This document shows, piece after piece, positions 39,301 to 52,100 of a stretch of 64,000 nucleotides of DNA (position 1 is the first letter of the stretch; each line of letters starts with the position of its first letter). The notes below the pieces were generated by a model. It worked only from the letters and a program-made list of their open reading frames with translations. It searched no databases and had not been told where the DNA came from. Origin of the DNA: Balanoglossus misakiensis (Eukaryota; Animalia; Hemichordata); assembly GCA_040954595.2 (NCBI GenBank), contig CM082598.2, forward strand, positions 8,881,097-8,945,096. Reading direction: 5' to 3'. A program made the position numbers and the translations under genes.

Positions 39301-40986
39301 CATATAAATATTTCTCCACTTTCCCTGAATACGTCTCTGTGCTGTGATGCTTCAACTGCCTTCTGTAGGACTGGTATGTGTCTTTAGTCACACTAGCCAT
39401 TAGATATGAAAAGGTCATGTATGTGAATGCTGCAGAGGCAAATTAACAGAAATGCTGCTTGGTGTTGTTGTATTTTCCCAGCAATGCGCTGAAGCAGCCG
39501 CTCACATACACCATGACATATTTGCTCTTCGTTTTGGCGGGAAATGTTACAGTATGAACAGTGAAGAGGACGGTGTATTGTTCCAAGAGGGCGGTGCATC
39601 TGATGAATGTTATGACGGGACTGGGAGAAGTGATTCGATCGACGCCTACTTTGTGGAAAGTAAGTCTTATTGTTATATGAAAAAGTGAATGGAAAATATC
39701 AAATTTTAGTGAACAAAAATCGGATGTGTTAAACGAGGATGAAGTAATACATTTAACACTACACGTGATAAAGAATAAAATACAATTTTCTCTGGGCAGA
39801 GGATGCAGTGGAGGGTTGGAAGAACATCATATCGTTTTATTTTACGTAGTATCTACTATTTGTCGTTTACTACAATTTTTCTATTAGCGAGCACTAGAAC
39901 CTGGGGAGAATGGTCCCAGTGGAGCAATTGCAGTTATGAATCTTCTACCAATTGCCTGGGAGGTGTGAGGCGGGGGCAAAGAACACGGGCACGCGACTGC
40001 AAATCAGTCCAGATTTGTGAAGGTGCGAGTGTCGAGGAAGAGGATTGCCAAGAAACATGCCAAAGTGAAGGTAACGGAATGATATCAGTGTATAACAAGT
40101 TCTACTCTAAGATGTCAAAACAATCACCATTCACCAGGCACATTTATTCACTCATTAAGCTAAACGTTGGTGGAAATAGTTATCTATCGTTATACATTTC
40201 ATACATAAAAGCAAAGGATAGAGATAATTCATATGACAGGCAGAGGATATAGGCACCAGCCAACTGCAAGTTGTGCATCAATATACGTATTTTGATTATG
40301 ATGTAACTGACAATTTATTTGATGTCCTCGCAATTATGTGACACATCAATTGCTTTTATGCCCGCGCAAATACCCTGCTTCGTACATTTTCATGTATTGT
40401 TTGAGTCTCTGGTTTACGTACACAAAGAAAAAATTGAATTCACTTAGAGTGGCATGAATACATCATTTTAATAAGTTTAGCGCCGTCACAGAGCCATCAT
40501 GAATTTGAACTCAAAGCGAGGCCAATGGGGAAAATTGAACAATCACATCAAGGGGATTTCCCCATTGGCCTCGCTTTGAGTTCAAATTCATTATGTATGT
40601 TTGTGGCCGCTAGACTTATGAAACGGGTGTATTCATTCAACTTTTGCAGATACTTGGCTCTGTGTAGGTCCAGACCTCTTTGTGTTTGTAGTCAGAATGT
40701 CGAAGTCTTGGGAGGACTCAAGAACACAGTGCCCACTCCTGGTTTCCAACTACCAGGCTAACCTAGCCGTTCTCGGTGACGAATTAACTCGCGCACAGGC
40801 GCAGAACTTCATCCCAACTACAATCGGTCTCCAGAGCCCACCGGGGGGAGGCTACTGGATCGGCTGCAGCGACATTGAGGAGGAGGGCAGCTTCGTGTGG
40901 GTCAACGGCGCGCCTGTCGATGTAGCAATATCAGCGAACAACATAAGTCGCTGTAGAACAACCGGTAAAGATTGTTGCCAATTCAG
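30310..40986 (+). CDS. Secreted astacin-family (M12A) metalloprotease: SP-CTL-prodomain-astacin-TSP1-WSC-like-TSP1-CTL; last exon not resolved
   Basis: Exons 30310-30364 (signal peptide), 30738-~30916 and ~31923/32021-32262 (CTL, junction uncertain), 32506-32616, 32800-32875 (IEGDI), 33116-33195 (RKR, WPNG), 33559-33676, 34214-34392 ([18 protein letters not shown]), 34910-35122 (SVMHY Met-turn), 35730-35921 (TSP1), 36289-36407 + 39482-39659 (LGCY..D / FALRFGGKC), 39888-40070 (TSP1), 40650-40986 (CTL, YWIG). Phases are consistent from 32262 onward. Confidence 0.9.
31220..31735 (+). repeat. Helentron/HINE-like repeat with (GTCC/GTC)n microsatellite and about three 145-bp tandem cores
   Basis: TTTTAGCTC...GAGCT start, GTCCGTC microsatellite, then AATCTTCTTC...TATGCAAATTAG units at 31321, 31466 and 31612. 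Confidence 0.65.
33000..33105. repeat. Compound microsatellite (ATCA/TATG/TTTG)
   Basis: Direct reading of the intron sequence. Confidence 0.8.
37390..38343 (-). mobile_element. Degenerate CR1-type LINE RT fragment in an astacin intron
   Basis: [10 protein letters not shown]...VMDFSKA...[10 protein letters not shown]...SGVPQGS and MSFHPDKC...KYLG; multiple frameshifts. Confidence 0.85.
40471..40619. repeat. Palindromic MITE-like element
   Basis: 35-bp perfect inverted repeat at 40499-40533 / 40557-40591 plus outer ATAAGTTTAGCG / CGCTAGACTTAT. Confidence 0.75.
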
Positions 40987-42299
40987 GTGAGCATACTAAA
41001 GTACACAATACAGAAACATTTTGTATGGCTGAACACCATAGGTTGTCGTACTAGGGTGTATCACGAAATATATGAACAGTGATCCGTGATGGCAAGGAAT
41101 GAATCCAGCCTGCAACCTGTGGAAGACAAATGACCACAATGCATTGGGAGTCACAACTATTTATTCGTGTTGTCTCAAAAATTTTGGGCTACTTTGTCTA
41201 TATTATGAAATGGATATCAACTGTGGTTTCTTGTTCTACTCTCAAAACAGCCCTTTGTAGTTGTTGTTGAAAACAATATTCAAACCTGGACTTTAACTCA
41301 ATTGTCAACAATAACAGTGGCCGTTACTCAACCTCGTCGAGAAGCTAAAAACTGAACATCTGATAAAGTTCTCCAGAATAGAACAAGAAAGCAGTATTGA
41401 TACATTGGAGAAAAATGCTGAAAAATAGAGTTATTAGGGCTTTAAATGAGTTTTTGTTCACATCGTTTGCAGAAAGAAAGGCCGAGCTGAAAATTCCCCT
41501 TATCATATAGGTGACGCATGTTGCCATAGACAGAAGGCATTCATATGCCAAATTCGTAAGTATCTTATATCATTTCATCACAGACTACATATCTACAAAA
41601 TAATATGAAATACATTCCTCTGGAAGACGCATATTTAGTATTGTGCGATAGTCACCACAGTAGAACACAGGACAGCACACTACACAACAATTTACGTATG
41701 GCATTTTCTATTGCAGCATAATACCAGAGGCAATATTGTTCTATGTACTAAAGAAACAACTGTGTTCCTATAATGATGTTTCTGTTTAAGTGCACAAGAA
41801 ATGTTGATTCACACCATTGAATGAATGGTAAAATTAAAATACTCTCAAATCACTGCATATTACACAAAAATGTAATAACAGCTGTAACTTCTAACATTAT
41901 TGAATTGTGTCGTGGTAGAGAACTGACCAACGAATATTTCTTTCAGTGCCCAGACTAATTAATAATTCTGTTTCATTTTATGTTTCAAAGATGGTTACTG
42001 TGATGATATTTGAAAAACAAGGAAGAAGATATTGCTCGTCCCAATCATAAATGTATGGAAATGGTCAAATGGAAAATATCAAGAGTGAATTTATTGAATT
42101 TCAATGATGTCTTAGCGTTCTATGAAATACATTAGATTATACTGAATAATGTACTTAAAATATAATATTAAAATTCGCTACATGCTTGACTTCAAATATT
42201 CGAGTATGCGTTTTCATTCTATTGGATGCAATATAACAATAATTTAACTGCCAGGACAGCTTCCACGTTTTTGAATGTTAAATTCAACATTTTCAATAA

Positions 42300-42780
42300 C
42301 GACAAAACAAAAAGAAAAGAAAAAAATACAAGCACAGACAAAACTTCAGAAAAGGATATCAGGTTTTTTAAGCTCTTGTTTGAAAATTATTTCAGTATTT
42401 GAATCTTGAATACGTAAACAACGGCATTTATGGATTGACCATTTCGCAATCAGTACAATCAAGTTAAGCATATTATTGACATTTACATCGACAAAAATAC
42501 CTATGCTTTCAACAATCGTTTCCCAGGTGAAAATAACACTTCGTTGGTACAATACTTGAACAATATTCTCTGTCATATTCCAAACTTTTCTGGCAATGAT
42601 ACATTCAAAGTAGCGGTGTTTAGTGGTGTCTTTTGCATTACATATTGGCATAATGGGCTGTCTCTCTTTTTCCATTGAAAAAGTTAAACATTGTTCACAC
42701 AAGTTCGGTGTAAAAAATTCCAATGAAAAACCCTTAAGGGCACATAAGCTGTAACTTTCGGGATAATTATCATAATGTTT
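42300..42780 (-). mobile_element. 3' fragment of an L1/Tx1-group LINE
   Basis: IC...DTTKHRYFECIIARKVW...NLIVLIAKWSIHKCR resembles the zf-RVT C-terminus. Confidence 0.65.
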
Positions 42781-43450
42781 GTTTCAAACTGTACTACCAT
42801 TAGACCATGCAGATGAAGGCAGTGAACTATACACAAGCATTATAAACCCTTAATATGAGTGCATATGCACGTTTTAACCAGATAAATAATAAAGCTTTGT
42901 CGCAAGCGAATATGGCCTCCACCGTGGGAAATGCAAGAAACAATGAAAATGTTGCATTTCCGGTTATGAAACTTCATAAACAAAACATGATCTCATCCAC
43001 TTGAGCTCATGGAAGTAAATGTACACCGCTGAGACATTATATTTTCCCTTTTCATTGCAATATTGCATTTTTTTTAAATGCAGGAATTTTCGTTTTTCTT
43101 TATTTTTTGGCCATTTTGTCATAAATAAGTGCTAATCTGATATATTATCATGAAATATCATTTTATAGACATAATTAAAAGCATATATGAGATTATTTAA
43201 AACTTCTTTTATCCAGTTTATCCAGTTGCAGCTCATGTACCTTTAATCTATTTTCTCTCGTAATTTTATGGGCTAAGTTCCAAGAATCACGCCAATTTAC
43301 TGTATGTTGTATTTCATTTTGCCAAGTTAACATGTTTGCTGGTTGCATAAAATCGTTCAACAATACTTTATATTATATGGGGCAACATCAAAAGTTCAAT
43401 ATAATAAATCTAACTTAATTGCTTAAGTTAGGCCTCAGACCCCCCCCCCT

Positions 43451-45095
43451 TGTATCACCCCAATATGTAATAATTAACCCTATATGTAATACTAACCCAA
43501 TATGTAATAACACTTAACCCAATATGTAACACTAACCCAATATGTAATAAACTTTAACCCAATATGTAACACTAACCCAATATGTAACACTAACCCTATA
43601 TGTAATAAACGTTAACCCAATATGTAATAACACCTTAACCCAATATGTAATAACACTGCCCTAATGTATTTTAATTCTAAGCTAAATGAAATTCACCAAA
43701 TCAATATGAAATTATATCTGTATATGAATTAGAATCCTTACTAAACATGTTTTAAAACTAAACTCAATGGTTTTCATTAACCCAATATGTAATAACGGTG
43801 GCTTGTATTTTTTTATACGAGGGGGGGGGGGTACATTTGTCTTTCTGGGAAAAGACCATAATATTATTTCATCTATTTTCAATAGAGGTGGTGATAGAGG
43901 GGGAAACCCTATTGATTAACATACTTCCCGCTTAACCCAACGAATTACTTGCAAGTTCCGGTAGCATTTGATAGTCCTGGTAAAGTTAACATAGTGATAG
44001 ATTTACCTAACCTTTACATCCACATGAAATCAAGGTAAATATTGCTGTTTGAACCTCTAGCTTTATGCTATATTTCGCAAAACTATTACTATCGGCTGTT
44101 AGTATAAAATTGTGTAAAATAAAGGGTGCGAAACTGCATTTTGTGGACTCAAAAGGACAAGTTTTGTGGCATAAGTATGCGAACCCCCTAAACGTATTTT
44201 TATAAAAAAAAAAAGATGACCCCCCCGCCCCCACCCCCACCCCCCCGCTTTTGGACTTCAAAATTAAGAAAGGTATACTTGACGCGTAAGGCGTTCAATA
44301 TAAGTATCTGTTTCACTTTTGACGGGCAAGTAGTGTGCACGGATGGTAAAGTGTAACCCCCTGCCCCCATCTGTACAAGTGAGGGTTGAAGTTTCCTGAT
44401 GTATATGGCTTCATTAATACATCAGATTCTCTGTCTAAAATTTGGAAATTTTCCATGTCAATTATGTGTCCTGGGTATTCTCTGTATATGTCTGGGAGCT
44501 TCCATCTGAGACAATATTTTGATGTCACACATGCGTACACAACTTGATTTCACTACTTTTATAAAGACTTGAGTTTTACTTCAACTCTATTGGGTTAATA
44601 TTACATATTCAAACACATTAGGCCAGTGTTATTACATATTGGGTTAAAGTGTTATTACACATTGGGTTAGTATTACATATTGGGTTAAAGTGTTATTACA
44701 TATTGGGTTAGTGTTACATATTGGTTTTAGTGGTATTACATATTGGGTTAGTGTTACATATTGGGTTAAAGTTTATTACATACAGGGTTAAAGTTTATTA
44801 CATATAGGGTTAACTAATAACGTTTTTTTTCATGTAGAATTAACGTTATTTCATGTAGAAATAAAGTTTATTAGATATAGGGTTAACTAATAACGTATTT
44901 TTTCATGTAGAATAAACGTTATTTCATGTAAAATTCAAGTCTATAACATATAGGGTTAACGCTTATTACATATACAGCTAGCTGATAACGTTTATTACAT
45001 GTAGAATTAAAGTTTATTACATATTGGGTTAAGTGTTATTACATATTGGGTCAGTATTACATATTGGGTTAATTATTACATATTGGGGTGATACA
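43451..45095. mobile_element. Foldback-type element with modular TIRs
   Basis: TGTATCACCCCAATATGTAATAATTAACCC...GGGTTAATTATTACATATTGGGGTGATACA. The arms are tandem AACCCAATATGTAA modules in opposite orientation. Confidence 0.85.
44335..44490 (-). mobile_element. GIY-YIG C-terminal remnant (Penelope-like) inside the foldback element
   Basis: HIIDMENFQILDRE, then frameshifted EAIYIRKLQPSL. Confidence 0.5.
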
Positions 45096-48000
45096 GCTAA
45101 CGAACGCTAGTGTCTGTCATAGTGTGCTGGGGTTTTAGTCGAGCCAAGCCGTAGGAGATCGGACTTGATCAACGTGGTCTCTGTACGCGTGTTTCTGCTC
45201 TAGAGTGCCGGGGCTTTATCCAAGCCATGCCGTAGAAAATCTGACTTGATCACCGTTGCTAACGTACGCTAGTGTCTGTCATATTGTGACGGAGATTTAG
45301 CCGAGCCAGGCCGTAGAAAAATCGACTTGTTCAACGTTACCAGTGTGCAACTGTTTCTGCTCTAGAGTGTCAGGGTTTTAGCCGACATATGCTGTAGGAA
45401 ATCTGAGTTGATGAACGGGAATTCAATGTTAGAAAACCCGTGTGGAAAGTATCTCTACCCGTTTGAAACTAAGAAAAGAATTTATTCTTATTTATTTTGT
45501 AAAAAAGAGTCGAAAATGGTAATTTTGTCGTGGGTGATTCAAATTATACCGCCTTTTCTGGAATTTGCAGCACTTTTTACAAGAGAACGACACTTCATGC
45601 TCCATAATATATCCGAAAATGAAGAAAAGAATTAATTTTTTATGATTTTTTAAAAATTTACCATTTTTGTCACAATATGGCCAAAATGGCTATTTTGTCT
45701 TGAATTCCGTCAATATCTCTGCATTTTTGGAGTGGTCGAAACTTTTAACATATAATCAACATGTCATTTATGATCAGGGCACCAAATTCGAAGAACAAAG
45801 GTGTTTTTTTCTAAAAATGACATTTTCAAGGAAAATTTGGTAAAACGCAATTTTGTCTGCAGTGAGCCAAATTAGACGGTCTTTTGTGGAATTTGTATCG
45901 ATATATACATACGAAGAGCATTCTATACTCCATCAGATTTCCGAAAATGTAGAAAACAGGTATTTTTTGTAATTTTCAAAAATTTACCATTTTGACCAAA
46001 TTGTGGCTAAAATTGTTATTTTCGTGTTGAATGCCGCCAGTGTCACTGCTTTTAAAAGTCATAAAAACTTTTAACATACAAGCAATTGTTTATATATGAT
46101 CAGGTCACCGAATTAAAAAAATAAAGAATGTTTAGCCTAAAAATGACCTTTTTGGTGCAAAAACGAATAAAACGCAATTTTGTCTTAAATCAGCTCATTC
46201 AGAGTGCATTTTTTATAATCAGCACCATTTTTACATATAATGGAAATTTCATACATCATCAGATATCCAAATATGAAAAATGATTTAGATTTTAAATGAT
46301 TGTCCAAAATTAGCTGATATCTAATAAATGTAGTATTGAACCGTTCTGTTCCCCCCCCCCCCCCTACATTATATGCGGTACGCCGATGTCAGCTTACCCG
46401 GCAGTACTGCAGGCCGTGCCCCCAACTAACGTCGGTGTTTGAAACGCCCTGGTTAAATTCGGGCTTTCTCTATAAATTGACAGGCAATAATGCAGTCCTA
46501 CCCGAAAAAAATGTCGAGTGTTGACCCTCTGTGACTTTCCCTCTTCGGTTTGCCCGACTTAGCCAACGTCTTTGTACTAGAGTGTCGGGTCTTTTGCAGA
46601 GCCAGGCCGAAGGAAATCCGACTGGATCACCGTTGCTAACGAACGCTAGTGTCTGTCATGGTGTGCCGGGGTTTTAGTCGAGCCAGGCCGTAGGAGATCT
46701 GACTTGATCATCGTGGTCAATGTACGCGTGTTTCCGCTCTAAAGTGCCGGGGCTTCAGCTAAACCAGGCCGTAGGAAATCCCACGTAATCGCCGTTGATA
46801 ACTTACGCCAGTCTTTGTCATATAGAGCCGGTGCACCAGCCGAGTCACGCCGTAGGAAATCTGACTTGATCTACGTGGTCAATGTACGCGTGTTTCCGCT
46901 CTAAAGCTAAACCAGGCCGTAGGAAATCCGACGTAATCACCGTTGATAACTTACGCCAGTCTGTGTCATATAGAGCCGGTGCACCAGCCGAGTCACGCCG
47001 TAGGATATCTGACTTGATCAACGTGGTCTCTGTACGCGTGTTTCTTCTCTAGAGTGCCAGGGCTTTAGCCAAGCCATGCCGTAGGAAATCTGACTTGATC
47101 AACGTGGTCAATGTACGCCTGTTTCTGCTCTAGAGTGCCGGGGCTTCAGCTGAGCCAGGCCGTAGGAAACCCGACGTGATTACCGTTGTTAACTTACGCC
47201 AGTCTGTGTCCTATATATAGTGCCGGGGCATCAGCCGTGCCAGGCCGAAGGAAATGTGAGTAGATCAACGTGGTCTCTGTACGCGTGTTTCTGCTCTAGA
47301 GTGCCAGGGCTTTAGCCAAGCCATGCCGTAGGAAATCTGACTTGATCAACGTTGCTAACGAACGCTAGTGTCTGTCATAGTGTGCCGGGGTTTTAGTCGA
47401 GCCAAGCCGTAGGAGATCAGTCTTGATCAACGTGGTCTCTGTACGCGTGTTTCTGCACTAGAGTGCCGGGGCTTTATCCAAGCCATGCCATAGAAAATCT
47501 GACTTGATCACCGTTGCTAACGTACGCTAGTGTCTGTCATATTGTGACGGAGATTTAGCCGAGCCAGGCCGTAGAAAAATCGACTTGTTCAACGTTACCA
47601 GTGTGCAACTGTTTCTGCTCTAGAGTGTCAGAGTTTTAGCCGACTTATGCTGTAGGAAATCTGAGTTGATGAACGGGAATTCAATGTTAGAAAACCCGTG
47701 TGGAAAGTATCTCTATCCGTTTGAAACTAAGAAAAGAATTTATTCTTATTTATTTTGTAAAAAAGACAATTTTTCGAAAAAAAGTCGAAAATGGTAATTT
47801 TGTCTTGGGTGATTCAAATTATACCGCCTTTTCTGGAATTTGCAGCACTTTTTACAAGAGAACGACACTTCATGCTCCATAATATTTCCGAACAAATTAC
47901 CATTTTTGTCAAAATATGGCCAAAATATTCTTATTTATTTTGTAAAAAAGACAATTTTTCGAAAAAAGTCGAAAATGGTAATTTTGTCTTGGGTGATTCA

Positions 48001-49156
48001 AATTATACCGCCTTTTCTGCAGCACTTTTTACAAGAGAACGACACTTCATGCCTCATAATATTTCCGAAAATGAAGAAAAGAGTTAATTTTTTATGATTT
48101 TTTAAAAATTTACCATTTTTGTCAAAATATGTCCAAAATGGCTATTTTTTCTTGAATTCCGTCAATATCTCTGCATTTTTGGAGTGGTCGAAAGTTTTAA
48201 CATACAATCAACATGTCATATATTATCAGGGCACCAAATTCGAAGAACAAAGGTTTTTTTATTTTTTATTTTTCTAAAAATGACATTTTCAAGGAAAATT
48301 TGGTAAAACGCAATTTTGTCTGCAGTGAGCCAAATTAGACGGTCTTTTGTGGAATTTGTATCGATATATACATACGAAGAGCATTCTATACTCCATCAGA
48401 TTTCCGAAAATGTAGAAAACAGGTATTTTTTGTAATTTTCAAAAATTTACCATTTTGACCAAATTGTGGCTAAAATTGTTCTTTTCGTGTTGAATGCCGC
48501 CAGTGTCACTGCTTTTAAAAGTCATAAAAACTTTTAACATACAAGCAATTGTTTATATATGATCAGGTCACCGAATTAAAAAAAATAAAGAAAGTTTTGC
48601 CTAAAAATGATCTTTTTGGTGAAAAAAAACGAATAAAACGCAGTTTTGTAATAAATCAGCTCATTCAGAGTGCATTTTTTATAATCAGCACCATTTTTAC
48701 ATATAATGGAAATTTCATACATCATCAGATATCCAAATATGAAAAAATGATTTAGATTTTAGATGATTGTCCAAAATTAGCTGACATCTAATAGATGTAG
48801 TATTGAACCGTTCTGTTTCCCCCCCCCTCCGATTTCAGCTTACCCGGCAGTACTGCAGGCCGTGCCCCCAACTAACGTCGGTGTTTGAAACGCCCTGGTT
48901 AAATTCGGGCTTTCTCTATAAATTGACAGGCAATAATGCAGTCCTACCCGAACAAATGTCGATTGTTGACCCGCTGTGACTTTCCCTCTTCGGTTTGCCC
49001 GACTTAGCCAACGTCTTTGTACTAGAGTGTCGGGTCTTTTGCAGAGCCAGGCCGAAGGAAATCCGACTTGATCACCGTTGCTAACGAACGCTAGTGTCTG
49101 TCATGGTGTGCCGGGGTTTTAGTCGAGCCAGGCCGTAGGAGATCTGACTTGATCAT

Positions 49157-52100
49157 TGTTGCGTTGTGGGGATCGCCCATGATGGAGGAAATATAAGTCG
49201 GATTGAAAACACAGCACACTGGAACGTTCCTCCTTTCAATATGGCCGGAGTAGTGATGAATATCCGGGGTACTTTTATTTTCAAACTGTACCTCTTGAGG
49301 GCACTTGTCCATAATCATTTACATAACAATGAGATCATTGAATATGTATGCCAACACCCCCACTTGATCTCATGAGTTATTAACATAAATGTTTGTTCAG
49401 TACAAAACTCTATACATGTACAATGTTTGAGTGTCAACCAAAGATATAAGCTTTGAACTTGTCTAATTTACATCTCGTTGCTGGTTTGGTTAGTATGTCA
49501 GCCACCATGTCATTTGTGGGACAATATTTCAGAACAATTTTACCACTGGATATTTCTTGACGAATAAAGTGGTAACGTATGTCAATATGTTTTGACCTTT
49601 GATGATTGACTGGATTTTTGGCTAAAGCAATTGTACCCTGGTTGTCTTCAAAAATCAAAACAGGTTCTATCTTATCACTGATACCAACACCATTCAACAA
49701 CTGAATCAAATACATACTTTCTTGAATGGTTGCTGCAAGTGCAATATACTCTGCTTCGCAAGAGGACAGAGCGACAGTTGGTTGCTTCCTTGATTTCCAA
49801 GAAATAAGAGGGCCTGTTTTAGTTAGACTAAAACAATATCCACTTACACTACGTCTATCATCTGTACATGATGCCCAATCTGCATCACTACAACCCATTA
49901 AAGATAAATTATCACACTTCTTGAAACACAACTCATAATCAAGAGTGCCCTTCAAATATCTGAATACGTGTTTAACAGCCAACCAGTGGGCTTTGAGTGG
50001 ATTTGACAAGTACTGTGACAGCTTGGTTACAATCCAACACAAGTCTGGCCTAGTACATGTCATCGCATATATCAGACTCCCAACAGCTTCACGATAAATT
50101 CTAGAATCAGCTGGCGTATTATCACCACAATCAAGTTTTTGTTCAGAGGGAGTACACCTTGGTTTACAGTCGACCATTTCAAATTTCTCAAGAATTTTAC
50201 ACAGGTACTTCTTTTGATTCATTTTTACAACACCATCACCTTGTTCAAAATGAATTCCAAGGAAATATGAAAGTTTACCAAGATCTTTCATTCTGAATTT
50301 AGCTTTCAGCATTTGTTTGACATTATACAATGATTTATCAGTACTTGCTGCTATAATAAGATCGTCTACCCAGATAAGTATTGCGATCATCCCATCATCA
50401 ACTTGTTTTGTATACCAACATGGGTCAATAGAATGCTGTACAAAACCATTTTCATACAAGTAATTATGTAACATAATATTCCAATTTCTGCCTGATTGTT
50501 TCAACCCATACAAAGATTTGTTCAATTTACACACAAGTTTACTTTTACCATCAGTGTGAACTTCAAAACCTTCAGGTTGTTCCATGTATATTTCACAATC
50601 AATTGGAGCATTAAGATAAGCAGTTTTAACATCCATTTGATGTAAAATCAAATCATACTGTGCAGCAAATTGCATAAGAATACGCACAGTAGTCATTCTT
50701 GCAGTTGGAGCAAAAGTTTCATCATAATCTATACCTTTCATTTGACTATACCCTTTTGCTACATATCTAGCTTTGTAAGTTTGGGAACCATCAGAACTAT
50801 CTTTAATAGTATAAACCCAACGACCCCCCACTGCCTTTCTACCCTCTGGTAAAGGAGTTAAAGTAAAGGTATTATTCTCTTTCAGAGAATTCATTTCATC
50901 TTGCATAGCAATTTTCCAGTGTTCAGAGTCTGGTGATTTGATTGCTTCAGCATAACTCTGGGGAAAATCAGAAACTTTGTAACAATAATCAATACTGGAC
51001 ATTACTTGATCATCTTCCAAACTAGTAACATAATCACCCAGATATGCAGGAGGTTTTCTTACTCTGCTAGGATATCGTGAATTTGTGTCAGAAGGTGCTG
51101 AATCAATTTGAGCTCCCTCAGATTGATCAGACCTATCATCACTGGGTTTTACATCAATTTTGCCTGGATTTAACTCAACTTCATTACTGTGTCGTTTCAA
51201 CACAAAATCATCTTCACTCTCTTGTATATCAACATGAGCACCCACTTTCATGAATTTTACAACTCTGTGTTTCATGACCTTGCCCGTTTCAGGATTATAT
51301 ACCAAATATGACGGACTACCCTTATCGTAACCAACAAATATACCCTTGATACAACGTGGGTCTAATTTCTTCTTATCATAACTATATACATAGCATTCAG
51401 AACCAAATACTCTCATGTTAGAGACGTTTGGCTTACGGCCAGTAAAAGCGAAAAATGGTGTCTGATCTATACGCTTATTGTAAAATCTATTTCGTATGTA
51501 TGCAGCTGCCATTACTGCATATGGCCACATATCTTTATCAAGATTGGCCTGAATAAGTAAACATCGACCCATTTCAAATAGGGTCCTCCAGTGACGCTCG
51601 GCTGTGCCATTCTGATGAGGAGAATAAGGCGCAGAAGTTTCATGTCTTATTCTGTTCTTTCTGAGAAGTGATTTGTATGCATTCGAAACAAACTCTGATC
51701 CATTGTCTGATCTCATAGTTTTCACATTTCCCCATGGGGCAGAATCTGCTAGAAATTGCTCAGTAGCAGCTAATGTATCACTCTTTCTTTTCAGAAAATA
51801 CACAAACATCAATCCTGAGTAATCATCGGTAAAAATTACAGCATACCTGAAATTTTCTTTAGATACTGGATCGATAGGTCCAGCCAAATCAGTATGTACC
51901 AACTCTAATGGAACAGTTGAGCGAGCACGGGGTCCTCTATTTCGACCTTTTGTCATTTTCCCAAGTGTGCAAATATTACAATCAACGGGTTTAGAAGTAT
52001 TACCAGTAACTTTCATACCATCGACAATTTTCTCAACCTTCAAAATATCATCATGGTTACAATGACCAAATATTTCATGCCAATTCTGCAAATCATTAGC

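Noticed and set aside
41000-42100. Terminal exon of the astacin gene
   Set aside because: The candidate acceptors tried (~41055, 41251, 41717, 41947, 41991) give early stops or no CTL-like ending; left unresolved.
46560-47680. 81-bp monomers as a 27-aa repeat protein or a CRISPR-like array
   Set aside because: A representative monomer has stops in all six frames. The segments between conserved motifs are homologous variants rather than unique spacers, and there are no cas-like genes in this eukaryotic context.
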